DNA of 38,924 nucleotides from Octopus sinensis (lineage: Eukaryota): NCBI RefSeq assembly GCF_006345805.1, contig NW_021833467.1:1-38924 (forward strand), in the 5' to 3' direction. The notes under the pieces were generated by a model, which saw nothing but the letters and a program-made list of their open reading frames with translations, was not told the origin of the DNA and searched no databases. Shown here piece after piece: positions 1 through 12,679 of the stretch. Made by a program: the position numbers and the translations under genes. Positions within the stretch are counted from its first letter, which is position 1, and the number at the start of each line of letters is the position of its first letter.

Positions 1-49
1 TTGTCAAGCAATGCTAGGGGGACAAACACAGACACGCAAACACAAACGC

Positions 50-87
<38 letters not shown>

Positions 88-221
88 GAAGGGCTTCTTT
101 CAGTTTCCGTCTACCAAATCCACTCACAAGGCTTTGCTCGGCCCGAGGCTATAGTAGAAGACACTTGCCCAAGGTGGCACGCAGTGGGACTGAACCCGGA
201 ACCAGGTGGTTGGTAAACAAG
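1..221 (-). mobile_element. Octopus-type SINE, left part (interrupted at ~221)
   Basis: Recognised SINE body 'gggcttctttcagtttccgtctaccaaatccactcacaaggcttt...gacacttgcccaaggtggcacgcagtgggactgaacccggaacc' with an internal (TA)n. The minus strand carries the box-B-like GGTTCAGTCCC. Confidence 0.8.
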
Positions 222-850
222 GCACCTCCTAAGCGTGACCTAGATAATTTCGAGCAACATCTTACCAATCTGATGTAGAACATCAATTTTCAACCTAGAA
301 AAATAACACTCAAACCCCACCTAACTAAAATCAATAATATCCTCAAGAGTCTTCAAAAATACTCTGAAATTCTCTTCCAAGCCGTCAAACCCGGCAACTT
401 TATAATGCTCCTCAAGATAAATACCGAGAGCTAATACACAAATAACTACATAAATGATACCGTATTGTACCAGTCTCCGTTCTAACAGACATTTACATGA
501 AGAATCGTGATCTCGTTTTTAAACGCGCATTAGAAGATAGGACCGGACGTTCCTCAACTCGCTCATTTCATATTAACGTAGAGGACCATAAAATAAAATC
601 TGCCGAGAACCCTTCTGGTCGCCTCATTTGCCCCTTCAGTTCAGATATAGGTAAGATTAGCAAGATTTCATCAGACAGGATTATACCCCCAACTGCATCC
701 AACGTACACACTACACCTATGGACTGAAATTACTCTAGCCGTCCAGTGGTTTAATTCCTAAAGCCCTAAACATACTTTTAAATTCATCCAGATCGACATA
801 GACCAAATTACTCTAGTGTATCCCCTATCCTTCTCAACAAAGTCCTCCCA
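222..850 (+). pseudogene. Penelope-like element reverse transcriptase fragment, decayed
   Basis: Frames give DLDNFEQHLTNL, EDHKIKSAENPSGRLICPFSSDIGKISKI, AVQWFNSL and FKFIQIDID. These resemble the PLE RT pattern LKDHK..NP..RLINP..S.IGKISK..L....WF...FIQFDI. Stops and frameshifts are present. Confidence 0.7.
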
Positions 851-2809
851 AATAATAACATACAATAATATACAATAATATACAATAAAATATTCAATAT
901 ACAATCAACACTAGTCCATTTACAAGTGAGGCACTGAGCTACTTACACATTATAACACTGAGGCTTTTCAACCACTTGTCAATCCTCATCATCGCTTGTG
1001 TACGTGTACTGCACCATAGCCCATGCTTGCTTTAAAATCAAGTTATGCTCAAAGTTGGCGTCACCCGGCCACGAGCGATATTCCTCTTTTAATCCCCCAG
1101 CCTATGTAACATGCGCAACGTTATGAACTCCACAGCTATCTGCGGAGGTCATTCGGGTAACCGTGCGAAGGCCAAAGGTAAACCCTTGTAGTGTTCTTCT
1201 ATTACCTTTTCCACCACTCCCCCTCTATAACAGAAGACCAGCAGTTCTTCCTCCTCCGGGTCCGAGGTAATCAATTCTGCCGTTGGCGGCACACTTCTTA
1301 CCAATTGTGTCTAAGCCAACCCCCACCAGTGGCACGACCCCCCACTCCACACACCGATGAGGCTCCATGGCTCCGATTGTCAGCAATATCCCGTTTCTCC
1401 TCTTCCTCTTTTTTCCTTTTGACTGTGGGAGGGTACATCCCCTCCGTGACCAGGACATGTGCTTCCCTTCCCTCATTCCCAGAATCCTTCGGTGAGCACC
1501 CATTATTACTCACCTTCTTCCTTTTGCGGCTCTTCTTTCAGGCATCCTCTGTCTCCTCGGCCGCCTTCATTCCTTCTTCTACAGAGGTCTCCGTCAACCG
1601 CTCCAGGACTTTGCTTTGCCGTTGAGGACAGTTCTTTTTTTATATGGCCAGGCTCCAGGCACCGATGACACTTGGGGGAGGGGGCTCCTTCAAGCATCAC
1701 CGGATTCTTCGACCCGCCCATTCTTAAAAAGTCTGGAAATACCAGACTTTCGGCTGACTGGATCTAGAGGGTCAAAACGGCATTTGACATCTCCCAGTCA
1801 GCCGCAGGCAGAATATTTACATTGAAGAGCTTGGTGCTAGCGCCACGAAGACCCCGGCGGATAGTATCTCCTATCCACTCGGGCTCAGCACCGGGTGGAA
1901 AGCCGCAAACCCAAGCCCTCGTCAACTTCTTCCCACAATAAGCGGGAAGAAACAAAATGTCCTTGCCTTCCAGGAGCTGGCTCGCAAATTCCCAATCCAT
2001 TTCTGGGGAGTCAAACAGCAACCACACGGTTGCATATTTGACCCTCCGAGTGATAAACTTAATAGCTGGCTTAAATTCTGCCATCTCTCTTTCGATTATA
2101 TTTTTTCAAATTGGCAATGGCGTCGAGGATCCTAGAGTAGGTCCTCAAAACCACCGTCTTACTTTCAAGTTCTTTTAATCATCTTTTGGGTGGTATAAAT
2201 TCCCACTCCACCAAATTTCCATTGTTCTTTGCCATGTTTCTTTTTAAAAAAAGTCCAAAAAACACCTCATAAAATACAAAATAATTAAGGAAAAAGAAGG
2301 AAGAGAAAAAAGTTCAAACAAAAAAGAAAAAATTAATAAAGAGTCGTTTTTTAAATAAAAGAGGGGTGAAGAGAGAGCAGCAGTTCAAAACACTGCAAAG
2401 GCCACTCGGTACTCCAGGTCAAAATTTTAACGCAAATCATTCCAATTTTCTTCTCATAGGTAATCCTTACAGGAACAATATTGTTGAAATTTTTTCTAAA
2501 AATTCGCAGAGTTATTCCTGGACAAACACGATTCTCAAACAAAATTTTGCGGTAGGATACGCCCACAAAAACAATAATTTTCACAGTTAAGTGAAAAAAT
2601 ATTCACTCAGCTACAGGTAGACTAGAATCCAGTGAGGACTTCTTGTTTGTAAACAACAATTGTGGCGGACAACATGCCCCCACTAGACCCCCAAAAATGT
2701 CTTACCTTACAATTGAGTTTCAAATATCTTCAATTTAAGACGGCTTCAAAAACACGTCTTTACTGCTTCAGTATCAAACACAACTCTGATTCGCACATGC
2801 TCAATGAGA
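851..2809 (-). mobile_element. ORF1-only L1/Tx1-like non-LTR element (HAL1-like)
   Basis: 5' UTR ~2809-2236, decayed ORF1 2235->979, ~75-bp 3' UTR, then a (TATTATTGTA)n-type tail at ~851-905. No endonuclease or RT motifs are seen. Confidence 0.6.
979..2235 (-). pseudogene. LINE ORF1 (gag-like, zinc knuckle) with stops and frameshifts
   Basis: Pieces: MAKNNGNLVEWEF..., MAEFKPAIKFITRRVKYATVW...VCGFPP, the knuckle PKCHRCLEPGHIKKE, a K/E-rich linker, and C-terminal ...LKQAWAMVQYTYTSDDED* (stop 979-981). Confidence 0.65.
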
Positions 2810-2845
2810 TAAGCAAGCTACTTACCACTCAGCCACTCCTGCACT
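2810..2845 (-). mobile_element. Continuation (5' head) of the SINE at 1-221
   Basis: 'taagcaagctacttaccactcagccactcctgcac' is the sequence that normally follows 'tggttggtaa(g)caag' in this SINE. Confidence 0.65.
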
Positions 2846-2859
2846 CGTTCTGGTGATGA

Positions 2860-3900
2860 TTTTCAAATTTTATTTTTCACCTCAACGTTTGAAATGATGG
2901 CAGGAAGCTCTTTAAAAATTGTTTGAATGTTTTGATTTTTTAAAATCCCCAATCCCAATCGGTACCGATTTTGGCCAATGCTTTTGAACGACGCATTAAC
3001 AAAAGTTTTAAATGAAAAATTTTGGAAATCATTGATCACCATTATAATCCACGCTTTTTTATCAAACAAAATATGAAACGTAGTTTGAAAACAATGGCGA
3101 CATTTTAAAATTTTGTTCATTAACCTCGCATATTCCCATAACGATGTTATTTTCCCAGCAGCTTTTGCATTTTTTGTCCCATTTTAATGAAAATCGATGA
3201 GCGAGCAAGGCTCATGGCAGTGAGTTGATTTCAGTATATGAAGTTGAGAAAAAAATTGGTAATTGCGCCGGAGCAGTGGTTTTATAAAATCAATAGACGT
3301 TTTGCGTGCAAATACCCATAGGGGTTTTATTTTTGGCCGTAAATTTCATATTTTTTATCCGATTTTAATGAAATATGAAGTGTAGGTAAATGATTGGTGG
3401 GGGATACGGGACATGTATTTATTTAATTCAAAAGAGCTGGAAAAGGGCATAAATGTACATAAGCATTTCCATACAGACATTCTTAACGATTTTGTAGAAA
3501 TTTTACATGTGATTACAGCTCATGTCCATTAGTTGACACCAGCATTAAGAGATGACAAAAATCGATAACTGCGAGTGAGAGGGAGATTTCAAAAAAACAA
3601 TGGGCTTTTTGTATGCAATTACCCATAGGATTAGTATTTTATGCTGTAACTTTTACACAATTCATCCGATTTTGATGAACATTGACTTTTAGGTAAATTC
3701 TATTGCGGGAGTCATGTAGCGAATTAAAATTAAGATGATGAAAGTCAGAAATCGTCAGAATCATTCACAAAAATGTAATGAACTGATTTTGAAGAAAATT
3801 GAACAGTGAGTAAAATTAAGCACTTCGACATATAAAACGTCGATTATTTATACAATGTATTGAGATTTAAATGACAATGGAATATTTTCATATAAATGGT
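2860..3900. repeat. Non-coding repeat with internal ~300-bp sub-repeats (probable non-autonomous DNA transposon)
   Basis: 'tttt..atccgattttaatgaaa' recurs at ~3175, ~3355 and ~3660. 'ttttg..tgcaa.tacccatagg' occurs at ~3300 and ~3607. Confidence 0.4.
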
Positions 3901-4016
3901 CAGACGTATTCGTCTTATGTGTTTAAACACATTTAAACATAACTAAACACATAAGAGGTATCACATAAGAGGCAATGTTGGATTGCCTCATGCTTATATG
4001 TTTTAATCTAGGCGTA

Positions 4017-4086
4017 CCTGCTGATGAGGACTTCGCCTAGCAAATAATTTTATTTGCTAAAATTATGTCTGAATCCGTTGTCTAGG
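4017..4086 (+). ncRNA. Degenerate minimal hammerhead ribozyme (GAAA->GAAT)
   Basis: cctg-CTGATGA-ggac...tagcaaata/tatttgcta...gtct-GAAT-ccgtt-GTC-tagg. Stems I and II can form. Confidence 0.5.
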
Positions 4087-4227
4087 AGATAGAGTTAATT
4101 TTTTTATAATTTTCATTCCCTTCGATGATAATCCCTAATTGCGGTTTGGATTTTAACTGTTCCTTCTGGCGTGCAGCAAATCCTATGACGGGTACATCCT
4201 ATGTGTTTAAATGTACACTGTATTTAT

Positions 4228-4253
4228 ATCTAACTATCTATCTATCTTTCTAT

Positions 4254-4291
<38 letters not shown>

Positions 4292-4292
4292 G

Positions 4293-4328
<36 letters not shown>

Positions 4329-4366
4329 CCTATCTATCTATATATCTATCTATCTATCTATCTATC
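4228..4366. repeat. (ATCT)n tetranucleotide microsatellite
   Basis: Seen directly. Confidence 0.95.
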
Positions 4367-4814
4367 TGTACACATGTATATACATAGTTGAAGTAAGGTT
4401 ACAGAAAAATAAAAGAAGAACACAGATATATGAACAAGGTGTGTATTAGTTTGACACTCCGGAAAGTGTGAAAGGGCTTTAAGTTTCGAGCCTACGATCT
4501 TCAAAAGTAAAGAAAATGAGGAAATCACAGAAGTTCAAAAAGGATTAAATGTTCTAGTGTATTGGAGGGATATTTCATTAAAAGATGAGTCCCGTAAGAT
4601 CCATAAGTATATCCAGTGGCAGTCGGGTAGAGTGCAGATATGTAGAATCGGAGAGGTGCAGAAAGATCAGTCAGTAGTAAGTCCAATATGTAGGTATATA
4701 AAGCAGGATAAAACAGGTGCGACCACTTGAGCGTACAATACATTCATATATATATATATATACATACATAAATATATATGTATATCTATATAATTGTATG
4801 TGTGTATAAAGTCA

Positions 4815-5170
4815 ATGGCGTGTCTGCGTAATAAGAAGCTTGATTTCATACCACATGGAGTAGTGGTCAATGTTAATAGGTGCTGCCTTCACCAAGTGTC
4901 CACTTCTATATAACTCGTGTCGTGAGTCGATTTTGTTGTCAGAAACTGAAAGAGGCCTGTCTTATATATATACATGGGTGTATGAGTGTGTGTGAGCTTT
5001 AATTATTGTGGTTGTAATAGTCTCTGGAGATATTCCGTCCCCGTAACTTAACACTTCCTCAAAAGAAACCGATATAATAAGTAACAGACTTCCAAAATTT
5101 AAATACAGTGGAGAATATATTTGAATAAAATACCTTCTAGGAGGGTTGCCAGGATAGCTGCTGATTAACG
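4815..5170 (+). mobile_element. Highly decayed SINE copy, same family as 1-221 in the opposite orientation
   Basis: 'caagtgtccacttctata...gatttt gttgtcagaaactgaaagaggcctgtc' matches the reverse complement of 88-170. Confidence 0.55.
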
Positions 5171-5477
5171 ACTTGAATAATTGGAAAATAATATTCTCTC
5201 TCTATGTATATATGTGTGAGTGTATGTATGTGAGTGTGTATATATGATATATACTGGTATGCATGGGTATACGTATGCATGTATATATATATATATATAT
5301 ATAGGTGTGCTTACACACACATACATATATATATATATTTATATATAATTAAGAGACAGACCCTCCGTAAATTAAACCAATTAATAATGAAAGATGTTAT
5401 CTATAATAAAATATAAATATAATTATATTATTAATAATATACTAAAACATACTATACTAAATTATGCACATTAAATT

Positions 5478-5584
5478 GACGAGGCGCGTTTCGTAACCAT
5501 ATATTTAAATCGACTTAATCAAAATTGATAATCTGAAAAATGAATATTTCTTCGAACCAATGATACATATCTACTCTTCAGGTC
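5478..5584 (-). ncRNA. Type-I hammerhead ribozyme motif with extended stem II
   Basis: Minus strand reads gac-CTGAAGA-gta(gatatgta...tatatggt)tac-GAAA-cgcgcc-TC-gtc. Confidence 0.6.
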
Positions 5585-5642
5585 TAAATAGCATAAAATA
5601 AATTTGCAACATAAGTGAAGACATCAAAATTAACCCCTTAAT

Positions 5643-6501
5643 TCCATATATATATAACTGAAATGCGTTTTTACAGCTTGGATTGCTTTCAATGCCACTA
5701 CATCCCGTCCGATTCGCTCCAAAATTTACAGGGACATGTAGAAAGAAGTGACGATGCTCGTGGGCTACCTTAGAAATCCCTAGCTTAAAAGGTGTGGTTG
5801 CTAGGGTCCATCTTCCTCACTCACGCTATTTCCTCCTTTCCCTCTCTTACTTCCCTTCATTAATAACTTTGAGAATGCCACTCCCGTTATTTAATGTATT
5901 CCCCTCAACTCCCTTTCACTTTCCCTTTATAAGTTCGTCAGGCGGCTTTCTTTGATGTATCTGTTTGCATTCATAGGGAGAATTATCATCGCTACCAACA
6001 ACACACAATCATGAGAACAAATATTATGAATCAGATATTCTTGCGTTCATTTATATGTGTGTGTGTGTGTGTTCTATATATAAATATGTATATATAATGT
6101 ATATGTGTGTGTGTTCTATATATAAATATGTATATATAATGTATGTGTGTGTGTGTGTGTTCTATATATAAATATGTATATATAATGTATATATACAAAG
6201 TGTATATATCTTTATGTATATTAAACTTTATCATACGTTTTCATAGTTATATATATTTTTAAACAAATTATAAATATAATTTAATAATTTTTATTTTCAA
6301 TTTAAATAATTTACATTTTTCAATTTTATATTTTATATATTTTATATATTATATATTTTTTTAATGTTTTTGTTTTTGGTTTTTCACTGTTTGATTTGCC
6401 TATTAGTGGTTTTATCCCCAATTTAATTTATACAGATATATACCTCATTTGTATACATTTGTATACATTTGTATATATAATGCGTGCACACACACACACA
6501 C

Positions 6502-6569
<68 letters not shown>

Positions 6570-7700
6570 TATATATATATAATGTGTACATTACGTATTC
6601 GATCGATTCAGGTGAAAATATGCACACCTATGTTGAAAGTGCTGGCAAGTTTGCATGACAACTATTTTTTCCTCCAATGAAAGGCGTCACCTCTAGGACA
6701 AAATTCCTCATATTATAAAATGTGGCCCCAGTAGACCCGAATGAAATCGGGTTATATTAACCGAAATGTGAAAAGGGGTATAAATGGGGCTGGAAGGGGA
6801 TTAAAATTTCAAGGAGCGGGTGTTTAGGAATTCTCTGTTACATCAAGCTAAAAAATTTGCGCCAGCCTTTTAATCGTCAATGTTTTGCCGTCCATGATAA
6901 AGAGGTTTTGAATGCTTGCCATGGTGAGTCTACTGTCGTGAGAAAGTATCACTTCAAAACTAGGTGTTTACGAATTTTCTTTTACATCAAGTTCAAAATT
7001 TTACGCCAGCCGTTAAACTGTCACTACGTTGCTGCCCGCCAGCCATGGTGACTCTACTATCCTCAGATTCTATCCCTTCAAACTTTGCTTTCCAATATTT
7101 TATTATTTTTATTCAGCTCGCAAGTTCGTCTGTCACTTTTAAATGTTAGCGTTTTGCTGTCTGCCTTCAAGCAGACCTTTCCGTTGCCACTGCTTCCTAT
7201 TTATGATTGATTTTCTAAGTATTTTATTTCTAGACTTACTCAAGATCTTTCGTTGTTTATAAATGGGAGAGAGATAGATAAAGGTAGAGAGTAAGAGAAA
7301 GCGAGGGAGAGTCCGAGAGAAAAGAAAAGTAAGAGAGTGGGAAAGTGAGAGAGAAAGGAGAGAGAAACAAAGAGGGAGAATCATCATCATCATCAACATC
7401 GTCCAACGTCCCTTTTCCGTGCTAGCACGGGTTGGATAGTTTGACCGGGGTCTGGGAAGCCAGGAGGCTGCACCAGGCTCCAGTCTGATCTGGCAGTGTT
7501 TCTACAGGTGGATGATCTTCCTAACGCCAACCACTCTGTGAGTGTAGTGGGTGCTTTTTTCGTGCCGCCGGCACAGAAGCAAGTCAAGGCGGCGCTGCAA
7601 TCGGCCACGTTCGGATGGTGCTTGTTACATGCAGAAAGGAAGCAACAGAAAGTAACAACCACACTCTTACCCGCGCATAGAGCGGGTCACCTTCAGCTAG
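5643..7700 (+). mobile_element. Non-autonomous Helitron (possibly composite)
   Basis: 5' 'TCcatatatatataactgaaatgcg'. 3' hairpin acccgc-gcataga-gcgggt (7669-7687) followed by CTAG|T at 7697-7700. The first ~410 bp match 16317-16738 in inverted orientation. Confidence 0.6.
7380..7630 (-). mobile_element. SINE/LINE 3'-end fragment with (GAT)n tail, nested in the Helitron
   Basis: (ATC)n followed by 'cgtcc..ttttcc.tgctagcacgggttgga...tttctaca.gtggatg..cttcctaacgccaaccac', a recognised octopus retroposon end. Confidence 0.65.
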
Positions 7701-7827
7701 TATATATATATATATAAATATATGCATATAATTCTTATGCACTTAGGTATACACACAATAACGCACAAAAATACGCACTCATTCTTACATCCACGCACGC
7801 AGACATAATGGCACACACACAGACACA

Positions 7828-7877
<50 letters not shown>

Positions 7878-8220
7878 ATATATATAAGGAACACGACACA
7901 CATTCGGAACACAACACACACTTAGTGTGATTGATATACTTTCATAAAGTGCAGCAAGGTTTACTATGAGAAAAGGAAAGAAGTAAGCAATTAGAGAGCG
8001 AACTTTTCGCCTTCTGTCACAGAATTTGAAATTTATTGATTTATTCGAGAACAAGTTTAGAAAACACATCAGAGGTTCGAAGTTTTATCATTTTTACCCA
8101 ATCAGAAAACAAGATTTGGAAGCTAAGCTGTTTGTTTGTGAACACTTGTATCATAAAGTAGAAGTAGGAGATTTTAAACAAAATGAAAGCAATGATTGAT
8201 TTTTAATTCAGATACAGAGT

Positions 8221-8222
<2 letters not shown>

Positions 8223-8285
<63 letters not shown>
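8223..8285. repeat. (GA)n microsatellite
   Basis: Seen directly. Confidence 0.95.
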
Positions 8286-8286
<1 letters not shown>

Positions 8287-8761
8287 ATCAAATAGTATGG
8301 CAAATATAAGATACATGGGTAGTGAAAGATATAGAGTAGGAGGTTGAGATCTCAAAGTTGGGTTATTTCACGTGGAGGATTATGATATTTATTATATTTT
8401 ATAGACGATGTTTACCTTGGAAATCGGATTTCGAAAATCAAATTCGTTTTACTCGAGGACGCAAAGTTTCAGAGGCTCGCAGGTCTAAAAAACACAAAAA
8501 AACACATACACCCGTATTTATATAGTGTATATATAGCGTATGCATTTCTGTATGTGTGTGTGTATGTATGTATATATGTATGTATGTATATATGTATATA
8601 TGTATGTATGCATGTATGTATTTTTGTATGTATGTATGTGTGTATATTTGTGTGTATAAATGTATGTATGTATGCATGAATGTATATATATATATATATT
8701 ATTATTATATATATATATATACATTATATATATATATATATGTATATATAGTAGAAATATG

Positions 8762-8808
<47 letters not shown>

Positions 8809-9012
8809 TATTAGAAAAATGTGACAAGAAGAAAAAAGAAAATACACGTGTAAATGTAAGGGGAAAATATGAAAATTCAACGAAAATGCACATTGTAAAT
8901 ATAACAAAAAAAAGCTTTTTATGAAAGGTAACGACATATATATACCTTTAGATGGACTGAGGTAGAAATAGGAGTCAGAAGATTCATTATTATGAGATGA
9001 TTAAAGAGTCAG

Positions 9013-9052
9013 AAAGCATACCATGCTTTCGTCATAAGCCACTCATTGCTTT
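9013..9052 (-). ncRNA. Degenerate PLE 3' hammerhead-like motif (A3/U8-type core)
   Basis: aaagca-ATGAGTG-gcttatgac-GAAA-gcatgg-TA-tgcttt, with a 6-bp stem I. It lies ~200 bp downstream of the PLE ORF on the same strand. Confidence 0.4.
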
Positions 9053-9249
9053 GAATGAACACCGGCTAATGAACCGTGTTAGGTCTAATAGTGCCTGAAT
9101 AAAAAGATTATTTGTAATGGAGGTAAGTAGCTCTGGATTTTGTGCAGTAAGTTTAGATATAGAATTTGAATCTGAATTTTGTAAGGAATGTATAGTGGTT
9201 TATGGTGTTAATTGAAGGGATAGTAGTGTTCTGTATTAAGTTGTGTCTT

Positions 9250-11280
9250 AGTATTCAGTTGGGGAAGATATTTATTGATAAAAATTGCCTAATTATTCAA
9301 CCTTTGTTGCATTGATGTGTTCTGTGAACATTGATAGATGTGGAAAATTTGGAAATTAGGACTAAGATTCCTAGCACACCTTTCTACGTGTTCACTAATC
9401 TGTAACTGTCTGTATTGTGTTTGGCGAATTTGTTTCTTGTGAACTGTGGTTCTTCAACGGAGTGATATTCCTGTTTGTCTAATATAGTGGTTACCACATC
9501 CTAAGCATGTCATGGTATAGATTAGATTTTACGAGTGTCAGGTGCAATTTGAAATGATCTTAAATATTTCCTCTTGTTTGAAGTGGATTTCTGAATCCTC
9601 CAAAAGGTTGGGACATGTTCCACGGGTGAGACGACCACATATTTTCTCATTTGGCTCTGTTGTTAGTAGATATAGTCTTGCGCTGGTTAATTGTCTTTCA
9701 ATGAATTCGCTTGTAGTTTGCTTTTTTAAATTTTGTATGAGCTTAAAATTTCCTTCGTTGTTTTGTCTCCTGTGAGGATGGGAAGATTTTGGCTGATAAT
9801 ATTGAAGGCTTCGTTGTTTCTAGGGTTATGTGTGGAAATCTACGGGAGTATTTTTTAAGTCTGTTTTAGTATTTCGGCTGGCATGCCTTAATATTTGTAT
9901 ATCTATTTCCTTAGCTCTTTTAATGTCTTTTAGTTAGTGTTGATCTAATTTCAAGGAGTCTTATTCACGAGTATATGTATCCGAAAGTATGGTACAGATT
10001 CTTTTCGCTAGATTAAAAGGTGTATTAATTTTTATGTGTTTGGGGTGTCAAACAATAGGTATTGTCTAGAATCTGTGGGTTTATAAGAGAAGTCTGATTC
10101 TATTTGGCTGTTAACTATTTTAATTAAGATGTCCAGAAAAGGGAGTTGTTTACTGTTGTGTTCCATAGTGAATTGTATATTGCTATGTATGTTGTTAAGC
10201 ATTACTTTCAAATCAAGGAGTTTGTCCATGCTGTATTTCCAAAGTATGAAGCAATCATCCAAAAACCTCATCCAGTTCTCCTATAAATATCAATTAAAAG
10301 AGGCGCCATAATTTTCTAGTGATGATTGGTATAACTTCAGTTCTTGGTAACCCATTTCAACGTTTGAAATCACTGGAGCAGCTCTGGTTTCCATTGCAAT
10401 TCCACATTTTTGTCGATAGTAAGTTGTGTCGAACATGAAATAGTTGATCAGCAGGATGAATTTGAGTGCTTCGATTATGATTCTGTGGTTTATGCATCCT
10501 GAGATCTCTTCTGCGTATTTTTCTGTGACTGCTTCTATACCATTGTCGTGTGGGATATTGGTGTACAGATACCAGCAGCGTTCCTTCCTTTAGTGTATTC
10601 GGGAGGTGGTTCGGCATGTCTAGGTCATCCCTGATAAAGCTTTTCACATATTTTTAAAAAACGTTTTGAGTAAGATGTCGAGGAAGTTGCTCAAATGGTG
10701 GGTTTCACAAGAAGGGCCACCTATGAGAGGTCTCAGTTTGAGGTCAGTAGGGGGAGCGACATTAATGCATAGGCTTGTAGAGATTTGCAGGCTTCAGAAA
10801 TGTGTGGATTTTTATGTATTTTGGGTAATCCGTAGAATAGACTAGGACTGTATTTAAAATTGGGTAAAAAGTCTATTTCAAGGTTAGTGAGACCCTTTCC
10901 ATGAATTTGGAGTAAGGAGGGCAAGTTTTTCAGCGTTTACTGTGGGTGGTCATGTATTAATTTCTCATAGTAAATATTATTTTCCAACATGGAAAGTGTT
11001 AAATATTTGTAGTATTCTGTATTCACCACTACTACCGCACTTCCGTTGTCGGCTTCTTTGGAATACGTTTAAGTTGGAATTTACGAGGCAAAAGTATTGG
11101 TGTAGAGTTTAGCCAGCGTTCGTAGATTTCTGCCTTGTGGTTGTTTTTAATCGTATTCCAGAAAGAAAAGTTTCTGGCTTTACGTTTTTCATTCCATATA
11201 TGGATAATGCGGTTTTTGATAGATAGTGTGGAGGGATTGCTATCTTGTGTATCATCTATAGGAAGATTTACCAGTAGCAC
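9250..11280 (-). pseudogene. Penelope-like element RT plus GIY-YIG endonuclease, decayed
   Basis: RT motifs: FYGLPKIHK, RPLIGGPSCETHHLSNFLD, SFIRDD, RFLDDCFILW, IQFTME...LPFLDILI, YKPTDSRQYL. Endonuclease motifs: NLIYTMTCLGCGNHYIRQTG...FINKYLPQLN. Confidence 0.9.
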
Positions 11281-11328
11281 TCAAGAGCATCCTCACACAA
11301 AACACACACGCACACAACACACACACAC

Positions 11329-11429
<101 letters not shown>

Positions 11430-11432
11430 GTA

Positions 11433-12535
11433 CAGGTTACAGTAAATATAGTGTCGGCTTAATTACGCAAAAATGAAAAAACACTGACATCCCATTTTAA
11501 CAGGTATATTTACGAAAATAACAGAAAAAATATCTTGAAAGTAAATGTATTCAATAAATTCGCTATTGGCTTCAACCACGTCTTCGGTCAGCTTCGGAAT
11601 CTCCTGCAACTCCTCTCGACGGTCACCTTGTTTAATTTCGTGAATACTGCCATAATCCTTGTATTCAGTTTATCTTTGATATTACAAGGGGTTTTGCTGA
11701 CCTCTCAGTCAACTGCGCACTATGCATGATAATCAAGAGGGTTCCAGTTTGGGGAGTTAGATGGCGTGACTTTAGGGGTGATGTGGTCGCAAAATTTGTC
11801 TGACAGCCATGGCTGGGTTCTGCTGGTTGTATGGCATGGTACAGAGTCTCCCTGCTAGAGATAGGATCTTCCAGCAGCCACCCCATTGCTACAGGGAAGC
11901 ACGACCATCTCCAGGCACTTGATGAAGACCTCCGTCTGAAACCTATTTATTTACTACCAACAAGGGGCTAAACACAGAGAGGACAAACAAGGACAGACAA
12001 ACGGATTAAGTCGATTATATCGACCCCAGTGCGTAACTGGTACTTATTTACTCGACGCCGAAAGAATGAAAGGCAAAGTCGACCTCGCCGGAATTTGAAA
12101 TCAGAACGTAGCGGTAGACGAAATACCGTTAAGCATTTCGCCCGACGTGCTAACGTTTCTGCCAGCTCGCCGCCTAAATTCTGAAACCGTGAATGAAAGC
12201 ATAATCCCCATCACAAGCGATCGTTCCAAACACCATGATGTTGACTGGATTTTGATTTTTATCAGTCGGTGTACATGTCCTTGGATTGCACATTCCTCAG
12301 ACTGACACCCAAACACTCTGAAATGTTCATATTAGATCTTTCGGCGCGAATGCCAAGCAGTACAGCATGTCGTTTCCAAAATTTCTGGCAGAGTGACTTA
12401 CGCCATGGTGCTGTTTTTCTCACAGACGGTACCCAACTGATCATACTATACTGAGAGGTAGACAAAAGTCAAAAACAAAGAATGCGCATGCGCGAAATTA
12501 AAAAGGTAATGATGACAATTTCGTGTTGCAACCTG
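11433..12535 (-). mobile_element. Tc1/mariner-superfamily (maT/DD37D-like) transposon, internally deleted
   Basis: TA|CAGGTT...AACCTG|TA termini. N-terminal KRHAVLLGIRAERSNMNISECL. C-terminal TPSNSPNWNPLDY...SCRRFRS, matching the WPPNSPDxNPLDY pattern. Confidence 0.8.
11945..12175 (-). mobile_element. Full-length tRNA-derived SINE with Nin-like central domain, nested in the transposon
   Basis: Minus strand: aggcggcgagctggcagaaacgttagc (box A-like), ttcaaattccg (box B-like), then gtcgactttgcctttcat.ctttcgg.gtcga.taaataagtaccag. Confidence 0.85.
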
Positions 12536-12679
12536 TATATATATATGTACATACGATTAGGTGTTGGCATGAATGTGATATAGTATTTTCTACTGCATTC
12601 AGTCCCACTGCGTGTACTCTGGCTTACATCACAACAAACTCGTGTATATTTGTTCAAGGTAACTAAAAGAAACCCATCG

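Noticed and set aside
4477-4507. HHR-like ttgaaga-tcgtaggctc-gaaa-ct-ta on the minus strand
   Set aside because: Too degenerate in core and stem II to call; probably a PLE-end relic.
8438-8937. YI/CV/HT-rich ORFs here and throughout
   Set aside because: Translations of dinucleotide and tetranucleotide repeats.
11945-12175. tRNA gene
   Set aside because: Only box A/B-like motifs of a SINE head; no cloverleaf.
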